64,000 bases of DNA from Cytophagales bacterium (GTDB lineage Bacteria > Bacteroidota > Bacteroidia > Cytophagales > UBA9547). Positions 57,354 through 64,000 of the stretch are shown here, one piece after another. A program made the position numbers and the translations under genes. Within the stretch, counting starts at the first letter, position 1; every line of letters starts with the position of its first letter. The notes beneath the pieces are model-generated. The model ran no database searches. It worked only from the letters and a program-made list of their open reading frames with translations, and was not told where the DNA came from. The stretch is taken from assembly GCA_033765235.1 (NCBI GenBank), contig JANRIG010000020.1, positions 155,934 to 219,933 on the forward strand. Reading direction: 5' to 3'.

Positions 57354-59642
57354 TTAATACTCATTGATGGCAGATGATTTTCTCTTATATATATATTCTT
57401 CACCTTGTCGGGTAGTGTCGCTGTCAGGTTCAAAGTTTTCGTTTTGAAATTTAGAACAGTTGTATTCCATAGTAAGTTTTGCCGGTTTGCGAAAGTATGA
57501 TTTGCTCACCCCTGATGCGGTATCTGAGTACACATTTTCCATGTATATTCCAAATATTGGCATAGCCAATTTGGCACCCTGCCCAAACTCCCAATCGCGA
57601 AAGTGTATGCTGCGGTCGTCGCCTCCTACCCATATGGCTGTGACTAAGTTTTGCGTGACTCCTACATACCAACCGTCGGAGTAGTTTTGCGTGGTGCCTG
57701 TTTTGCCTCCTATTTCGTTGCCTCCCCATAGTTTTTTGTAGCGGTGCAGCCCCAGCGATGTGCCTCCTTTTTCTTCTACTCCACCTTTGAGCATGTGTAG
57801 CATGGTGTATGCAGTTTCCTCGTTGAGTGCTTCCTCACGCACAGGACTAAACTCTTGCAGAATATTGCCATTTTTATCTTCTATCCTGCTTAGAAACTGA
57901 GGTTGTGTGTATATACCCTTGTTGGCAAATGTGGCATAGGCACCTGCCAGTTCATAGATAGATACATCGCTTATGCCGAGGCAAAGGGCAGGTACAGCTT
58001 CAATATTGCCTTTGAAGCCTAATTTTTTGGCATAATCTACTACCGTTTCAGGGCCTATTTTTTTCATAATATAAGCGGTCACCGTATTGATAGACCGTGC
58101 CAGTGCTTGGCGCAATGTTACTATCTCGCCGGTGCTGGGTCCGTCAGAGTTTGCCGGTGTCCAAGTGCTTTGAGTGTCTGTGATGTAAAAACTTACAGGG
58201 CTGTCTTGCACTTTATGGCATGGGTGAAAACCATTGTCAATAGCAGCTGTGTATACTATGGGCTTAAATGTAGAGCCGGGCTGGCGTTTGCTCTGTTTCA
58301 CATGGTCAAATTTAAAATATTTGTGATTAATACCTCCCACCCATGCCTTGATATGCCCTGTCTCAGGGTCTAAAGAAATGAGCCCTGCCATTAGAAATTT
58401 TTTATAATATTTGAGAGAGTCGTATGAGCTGAATGTAGTATCCTTTTCGCCATCCCAAGAATAGATTCGCATGGGTTTTTTGAGGTTTAGATAATATTTT
58501 ATAGAGTCGGGTGTATTAGCATATTTGGCAGAGAGATGCCTGTAAGTATCTGTGCGACGCATGGCATTTTCTATGAAATTGGGTATCTCTTTGAAGTTTT
58601 GGTCAACCCATGGATTTTGACCTGCCCAGTGGAGGTAAAACTGCTCCTGTATATATTTCATATGTGTGTTTACTGCCTCTTCGGCATGGTTTTGCAGACG
58701 AGAGTCAAGGGTGGTGTATATTTTAAGACCTTCTGAGTATAAGTCGTAGCCTTTTTCTTTGCACCATGACAGCAGGTAGTTGTTTACCACACTTCTGAAG
58801 TAGGTGGCAATGCCTTGATTATGATTTTCTACATTGTACTTAAGCATCAATGGTTGCTTTTGCAGCATTGATAATTCGTTTTTGGTGAGATAGTTATATT
58901 TATACATTTGTTCCAGCACAGTATTTCTTCGGGCCAGCGCACGCTCAGGATTACTCACGGGGCTATAGTAAGTAGGAGCTTTGAGAAGTGCTATGAGCGT
59001 GGCTGCTTGATTCACGGTAAGCATCTCTGGGGTAGTGCCAAAAAATGTTTGCGAAGCTACTTTAAGTCCAAATGCATTGCTGCCAAAGTCTACTGTATTC
59101 AAATACATGGTAATAATTTCTTTTTTGGTGTATGATTTTTCTATCTTAATAGCTACTATCCACTCTTTGGTTTTAATTATTATTTTGTTCAAAATAGGAA
59201 TGTCTGATAATGCGCCTTTGTATTTGTGAGAGCGTGTGTTGAATAAGTTTTTGGCTAATTGTTGTGATATAGTACTGGAGCCTCTGCTTTCGCCTTTGAT
59301 TAAATAAATAGGGATAGCCACTATGCCTTTTAGGTCTATGCCTGAGTGGTCTTCGAAGCGTATGTCTTCGGTAGCCAAGAGTGCCTTTATGGCATTGGGC
59401 GACATTTGCTCATATTTGATAGGGGTGCGGTTTGACCTGAAATATTTGCCGAGCAAATAACCATCAGCGGAGTATAGCTCAGAGGCAAGTTCGCTTTGTG
59501 GGTTTTCAAGTATTTCAAAGTCAGGCAGTGGTCCTGAAAGGTACAAAAAGTTGTAATTGACAGCACTCACATGGAGCACTATGAATGTGACACACAATAT
59601 AAAAAAAGCCCAAATGTAAATGATGACTTTGCCGAAATTCAT
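57354..59642 (-). CDS. mrcA: Class A penicillin-binding protein (PBP1A; glycosyltransferase + transpeptidase)
   Basis: GT51 motifs EDIRFEDHSGID, GSSTISQQLAKN and RKxxE-like KKEIITMYLN. Transpeptidase motifs STFKP, SIN and KTGTT. Confidence 0.9.
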   Translation of the reverse strand: MNFGKVIIYIWAFFILCVTFIVLHVSAVNYNFLYLSGPLPDFEILENPQSELASELYSADGYLLGKYFRSNRTPIKYEQMSPNAIKALLATEDIRFEDHSGIDLKGIVAIPIYLIKGESRGSSTISQQLAKNLFNTRSHKYKGALSDIPILNKIIIKTKEWIVAIKIEKSYTKKEIITMYLNTVDFGSNAFGLKVASQTFFGTTPEMLTVNQAATLIALLKAPTYYSPVSNPERALARRNTVLEQMYKYNYLTKNELSMLQKQPLMLKYNVENHNQGIATYFRSVVNNYLLSWCKEKGYDLYSEGLKIYTTLDSRLQNHAEEAVNTHMKYIQEQFYLHWAGQNPWVDQNFKEIPNFIENAMRRTDTYRHLSAKYANTPDSIKYYLNLKKPMRIYSWDGEKDTTFSSYDSLKYYKKFLMAGLISLDPETGHIKAWVGGINHKYFKFDHVKQSKRQPGSTFKPIVYTAAIDNGFHPCHKVQDSPVSFYITDTQSTWTPANSDGPSTGEIVTLRQALARSINTVTAYIMKKIGPETVVDYAKKLGFKGNIEAVPALCLGISDVSIYELAGAYATFANKGIYTQPQFLSRIEDKNGNILQEFSPVREEALNEETAYTMLHMLKGGVEEKGGTSLGLHRYKKLWGGNEIGGKTGTTQNYSDGWYVGVTQNLVTAIWVGGDDRSIHFRDWEFGQGAKLAMPIFGIYMENVYSDTASGVSKSYFRKPAKLTMEYNCSKFQNENFEPDSDTTRQGEEYIYKRKSSAINEY

Positions 59643-60127
59643 AAATCAGGTTTGTTGGCAGCAAGATACAAAATAATATCTTTTCGGCGCATAGATATAC
59701 ACCATAGAGCAAGTTTTTTGGTGCTTTTATCGTACACAGGGTGTGAATAGATGAGCAGTGAGTCATAGATATTGGTTAGGTTATCATCAAGTGGGTATTT
59801 GTTGGCTATGTTATATTCGTATGCATCAAATAATTTGTACATTTTGGAGTTTATAGCAAAGTCTGTTTTGGTTTTGAGGGCTATAGCCATATCGCCTGTA
59901 TACACCAAGTTGCATGATTTTATAGTATCTATTTGAAGCGAGTCCATGGTGCTTTTTGCAAGTTGATATGCATAATTATTGATTTCGCCCGTGTTTACAC
60001 GCACTATTTTTCTTTGCAGCATCTCATTATTGAAGGCAGATATCATCTTTCGCTTGCCGGATGTCTCTCCACAACCTGTACTATAGCATAATGCAAAAGC
60101 AATAAATATGTATAAGTATTTTGTCAT
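59639..60127 (-). CDS. Lipoprotein of unknown function
   Basis: The internal ATG at 60127 gives MTKYLYIFIAFALCYSTGCG (lipobox). ATGA overlap with the PBP gene start. Confidence 0.5.
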   Translation of the reverse strand: MTKYLYIFIAFALCYSTGCGETSGKRKMISAFNNEMLQRKIVRVNTGEINNYAYQLAKSTMDSLQIDTIKSCNLVYTGDMAIALKTKTDFAINSKMYKLFDAYEYNIANKYPLDDNLTNIYDSLLIYSHPVYDKSTKKLALWCISMRRKDIILYLAANKPDL

Positions 60128-60462
60128 ATTGCTATATAACACAATTTTTGTGCAAAGTATAAAAAAAATGCTTTGCACACACATGTACTTAATAGATATA
60201 GGTTTATATTTTACTAATCTGTGTTAATAGTAATTTATATATCAATATATATATATCTACTTATACTATGAATCTCAGTATATTATTTCTAAATAAATTT
60301 TTCAAATATTTATCCCTCAAACCTATAGGTGCATGCTGCTAAATAAACGATGTGTATATAAAATTGTATAAGAACTATACTAATTAATCGTTATTGTGTT
60401 TGTGGCAATTTTAGCATTTATATATCATCCCACTATTTTTTGACAAAGAATATAAAAAAAAT

Positions 60463-60660
60463 CTATATCTTCTTATCTTTGAGTGACGATAGTTCTTTAT
60501 ACACCTTGGCAGGATATTTTACAGGCTTATGGCTATCAATGAAATATTGCTCAAAATCATAAAGCTTATGTGCAAAACCCAACATGAGCACTATAAAAAG
60601 TACTATGAGCTTTCGATAAAAAGTAGGTCTTAGTTCATCAATATATTTTTCTTCGAACAT
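60463..60660 (-). CDS. Possible small single-TM protein
   Basis: 65-aa ORF with one hydrophobic helix (LIVLFIVLMLGF), isolated in an AT-rich spacer. No other support. Confidence 0.25.
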   Translation of the reverse strand: MFEEKYIDELRPTFYRKLIVLFIVLMLGFAHKLYDFEQYFIDSHKPVKYPAKVYKELSSLKDKKI

Positions 60661-60786
60661 GACTTTGCGGAATATTTTATCATTAATACAGATCAGATGG
60701 TATGTGTAACCTCAATTGTACTAAACTTATCAAATTTACATTTTATTTGGCAACTATAAAAATTATAAATGAAATTTAACATAAAG

Positions 60787-60812
60787 ATAAAATTGATTTA
60801 TATCAATTTTAT
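60787..60812. promoter_or_regulatory. Perfect 11-bp inverted repeat (ataaaattgat-ttat-atcaattttat) abutting the kynU start
   Basis: Arms at 60787-60797 and 60802-60812 are exact reverse complements. It ends 8 nt before the TTG at 60821. Confidence 0.3.
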
Positions 60813-60820
60813 ACAGCATA

Positions 60821-62071
60821 TTGGAAGAGTATAAATATATAACAGTGGAGTACAAAAATATAAGTAGAAAAGAAAAATTTAGTCGCCCTGCCAATTGTGA
60901 TATATATTTTTGTGGGCACTCACTTGGTTTGCAACCCAAAGCAAGTAATATTTATATCCAAAAATTTATGCAAGATTGGTCAAATTATGCCGTAAAAGGG
61001 CATTTTGAAGAAGATGTGGATTGGTACAACTATCATACAAGGCTCACTCCGGCATTGGCACACCTGTGTGGTGCACAACAAGATGAAGTAGTGGCTATGA
61101 ACAGCCTTACCGTAAACCTACACTTGGCTTTGCAAGCATTTTATGTACCCGGCACAAATATTATTGCCGAGCTTTTATCGTTTTCGAGCAACCATTATGC
61201 TGTAATGTCAATATTAAAAAAATACAATATTGATGCTCAAAAATATATGGTAGAAATACCTGCCGACAAGGACTATACATTGAGTACCACACATATATTG
61301 AGCTATATAGAAAAATATCATAAAAACACCTCCGTACTTTTGCTTTCTGCCATAAATTATGTATCAGGTCAATATTATGACTTAAAAACCATTGCAGAGT
61401 CTTGCAAAACACACGGTATCATATTTGGGTTAGACCTTGCCCATGCCATAGGCAATGTACCGCTACACCTGCACGACCTTGAAGTAGACTTTGCAGTATG
61501 GTGCTCCTATAAATATCTCAACTCCGGACCGGGTGGAGTGGGCGGATTTTTTATTCACCAAAAACATCATACCAACACACACTTTCCCTCTTTGGCAGGC
61601 TGGTGGGGGCACAATGCTGATACAAGATTTGCCATGAGCAAAGACTTTGACCCTATGCGAGGGGCACAAGGTTGGCAACTAAGCAATGCTCCTATTGCCG
61701 CCATGACTATACAATATGCTGCATTAGAGATATTTATGCAAGTAGGAATACAACCACTGCGCACATTGAGCATAGCACTCACTACCAATCTCGCAGAGGG
61801 AATAATCAGCATCATAAATAAATATAACCTCACCAATACACACATTATCACACCGTTGCAGCCTGAAGCACGAGGTGCTATGCTCAGTATAAAAGCCATT
61901 GGGTATGCCAACAAATTATACAGTTATTTAACATCAAAAAATATAATTATTGACCTCCGCAAGCCCGATATTATACGCATAACTCCGGCTCCTTTATACA
62001 ATTCTTTTGATGAGGTGGATATGTTTTTGACAATATTGGATAAATTTTACGCCGATAATAACCATAAATGA
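60821..62071 (+). CDS. kynU: Kynureninase
   Basis: [18 protein letters not shown] and [20 protein letters not shown] (PLP-lysine region) motifs. TTG start: there is no in-frame ATG, and a stop lies at 60794. Confidence 0.9.
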   Translation: MEEYKYITVEYKNISRKEKFSRPANCDIYFCGHSLGLQPKASNIYIQKFMQDWSNYAVKGHFEEDVDWYNYHTRLTPALAHLCGAQQDEVVAMNSLTVNLHLALQAFYVPGTNIIAELLSFSSNHYAVMSILKKYNIDAQKYMVEIPADKDYTLSTTHILSYIEKYHKNTSVLLLSAINYVSGQYYDLKTIAESCKTHGIIFGLDLAHAIGNVPLHLHDLEVDFAVWCSYKYLNSGPGGVGGFFIHQKHHTNTHFPSLAGWWGHNADTRFAMSKDFDPMRGAQGWQLSNAPIAAMTIQYAALEIFMQVGIQPLRTLSIALTTNLAEGIISIINKYNLTNTHIITPLQPEARGAMLSIKAIGYANKLYSYLTSKNIIIDLRKPDIIRITPAPLYNSFDEVDMFLTILDKFYADNNHK

Positions 62072-63096
62072 GGAAAGACTATCTAAATCCTGAAGAGAGC
62101 AACCGCCAGCCGGCAGAAAAAGAAATAGAAAGGGCACTAAGACCTCTCACATTTGAAGATTTTACAGGTCAAGACAAAATATTGGAAAACCTCAAAATAT
62201 TTGTAGGTGCTGCCAAGCACAGAGAAGAGCCACTGGACCATGTGCTGCTCCATGGCCCACCGGGGCTTGGCAAAACCACCCTCTCGCACATCATAGCCAA
62301 TGAACTGAACGCAGAAATAAAAATAACCTCAGGTCCGGTGCTTGAAAAACCCAGCGACCTGGCAGGACTACTTACCAACCTGCAAGCGCACGATGTATTA
62401 TTCATAGATGAAATACACAGGCTCAACCCTGTAGTAGAAGAATATCTCTACTCTGCCATGGAAGACTATCGTATAGACATCATGCTGGACTCAGGACCTA
62501 ATGCTCGCACTATACAGATAAAGCTGAACCCCTTTACCTTAGTAGGAGCTACTACCCGTGCAGGGCTGCTCACCTCCCCTCTGAGAGCCAGATTTGGTAT
62601 AAATGCACGATTGGAATATTATGATGCTACATTGCTCAGCAAAATTATCAATCGCTCTGCCTCATTGCTCTCTATGGCCATAGAGGCAGAAGCAGCCTAT
62701 GAGATAGCCCGCCGAAGCAGAGGCACCCCTCGTATAGCCAACAATCTGCTGCGGCGCACCCGCGACTTTGCTCAAATAAAAGGGGACGGAAATATCACAG
62801 TACATATAGCCAAAGTAGCACTTGAAGCACTTGATGTAGACCAAAATGGGCTCGATGAGATGGACAATCGCATCATCAATACCATTATAGACAAATATAA
62901 AGGAGGTCCGGTAGGCATAAGTACCATAGCCACTGCTGTAGGCGAGGAAGCTGAAACAATAGAAGAAGTGTACGAGCCATTTCTCATACAAGAAGGTTAC
63001 ATCAAGCGCACCTCGCGAGGCAGAGAAGCTACACACTTGGCATACAAACATGCAGGCAAAGTACCCCCACAAAATCCTATAAATACCTTGTTTTGA
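62068..63096 (+). CDS. ruvB: Holliday junction branch migration helicase RuvB
   Basis: [27 protein letters not shown] and [13 protein letters not shown] motifs. Confidence 0.95.
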   Translation: MRKDYLNPEESNRQPAEKEIERALRPLTFEDFTGQDKILENLKIFVGAAKHREEPLDHVLLHGPPGLGKTTLSHIIANELNAEIKITSGPVLEKPSDLAGLLTNLQAHDVLFIDEIHRLNPVVEEYLYSAMEDYRIDIMLDSGPNARTIQIKLNPFTLVGATTRAGLLTSPLRARFGINARLEYYDATLLSKIINRSASLLSMAIEAEAAYEIARRSRGTPRIANNLLRRTRDFAQIKGDGNITVHIAKVALEALDVDQNGLDEMDNRIINTIIDKYKGGPVGISTIATAVGEEAETIEEVYEPFLIQEGYIKRTSRGREATHLAYKHAGKVPPQNPINTLF

Positions 63097-63097
63097 T

Positions 63098-63970
63098 ATG
63101 TTGATCGATACTATTAAATATATTTACAATCACCCGTTCAACAAGAAAAAACGCCTACAAGCACTTACCAGATTTATTTATTGGCAAATAAATAATATAC
63201 TCAATCCGTATCCTATCATATACTCATACACCGAGCATACAAAACTTATCATTGCCAAAGGCATGACCGGAGCTACTGCCAACCTATATTGTGGCTTGGC
63301 AGACTATGAAGATATGGCATTTTTGCTGCATTTTTTGAGAGTAGGTGATACTTTTGCAGACATAGGTGCCAATGTAGGTGCCTATACCATACTTGCATCG
63401 GGCGAAGCGGGCGCACATACCATTTGTGTAGAGCCTGTGCCGAGCACTTATCAAAAATTAATACAAAATATTATTATCAATGATATTAGCCATTTGGTCA
63501 CCACCTGTAATATAGGATTGGGGGCAAGCAAAGGTCACTTGAGCTTCACCCATACACAAGACACTGTAAATCATGTGGCAGCGCAAGGTGAAAATAATAT
63601 TATACAAGTAGAAGTCAATACCCTTGACTGCATTGCCCACACATGCCCTATACTACTCAAGATAGATGTAGAAGGATATGAAACTGAAGTGCTCAACGGA
63701 GCCCATGAAACCTTGAAAAACCCTGCCCTCAAAGCCATTATTATAGAGCTAAACGGGTCAGGAGCCAGGTATGGGTATAACGAGCAACTAATACATGAAT
63801 TGCTGCTAAGCTCAGGATTTGCTCCTTGCAAATATACCGTACAAAACAGAAATCTCACCCTAAGCCGGCAAGGTAAGGTAGGCAATACTTTGTATGTGAG
63901 AGACATAGCTTATGTACAACAAAGACTTGCCAAAGCACAACCGGTAAAAGTACAATCCGTAGAAATATGA
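63098..63970 (+). CDS. FkbM-family methyltransferase
   Basis: FADIGANVGAYT SAM-binding motif, ...KIDVEGYE..VL.GA. Confidence 0.82.
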   Translation: MLIDTIKYIYNHPFNKKKRLQALTRFIYWQINNILNPYPIIYSYTEHTKLIIAKGMTGATANLYCGLADYEDMAFLLHFLRVGDTFADIGANVGAYTILASGEAGAHTICVEPVPSTYQKLIQNIIINDISHLVTTCNIGLGASKGHLSFTHTQDTVNHVAAQGENNIIQVEVNTLDCIAHTCPILLKIDVEGYETEVLNGAHETLKNPALKAIIIELNGSGARYGYNEQLIHELLLSSGFAPCKYTVQNRNLTLSRQGKVGNTLYVRDIAYVQQRLAKAQPVKVQSVEI

Positions 63971-64000
63971 TCATACTATTACCCACCTATATCCAACATG
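63967..64000 (+). CDS. Start of a further ORF, possibly a family 2 glycosyltransferase (3' end outside window)
   Basis: An ATG overlaps the FkbM stop (ATGA). MIILLPTYIQH... resembles the GT2 N-terminal beta-strand (IIIPTYN). Only 11 codons are visible. Confidence 0.25.
   Translation, partial: MIILLPTYIQH

Overview
AT-rich chromosomal segment with Bacteroidota hallmarks: type A and type B T9SS C-terminal sorting domains, BACON domains, TAnnTTTG (-7) promoter motifs close to start codons, and no Shine-Dalgarno sequences before the start codons I checked. Most of the window is housekeeping. It holds murB, a sirtuin, rimP-nusA-infB, a SEDS protein, lptB, pgi, nuoA-nuoB, nadC, recO, panB, uvrC, a class A PBP, kynU and ruvB, mixed with conserved hypothetical envelope proteins. 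One RNA element is well supported: a cobalamin riboswitch on the minus strand (about 17537-17711). It precedes a TonB-dependent receptor and a beta-propeller lipoprotein whose ORFs overlap. The one clearly accessory block is about 28.2-38.2 kb. It contains a tightly coupled three-gene envelope operon (two LVIVD-like propeller proteins plus a small beta-barrel). It is followed by two T9SS cargo genes: a BACON-domain protein and a 2081-aa protein. The 2081-aa protein fuses a PQQ-type sugar dehydrogenase propeller to about 17 tandem Big_2-like Ig domains. Other points worth a second look:
- a periplasmic propeller/Y_Y_Y sensor whose only cytoplasmic module is a GAF domain
- a terminator-like hairpin in the rimP-nusA-infB leader
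- a UvrC lacking the C-terminal (HhH)2 domain
- orphan nuoAB
- a sirtuin without the zinc-ribbon cysteines
- perfect palindromes in two promoter regions
- a probable frameshifted beta-barrel gene

I saw no rRNA, tRNA, CRISPR array, transposase/integrase, prophage or recognisable defence system. All family assignments come from reading motifs by eye and from memory. No searches were run. Several starts differ from the ORF track where an internal ATG with a signal peptide or a conserved N-terminus is more plausible.
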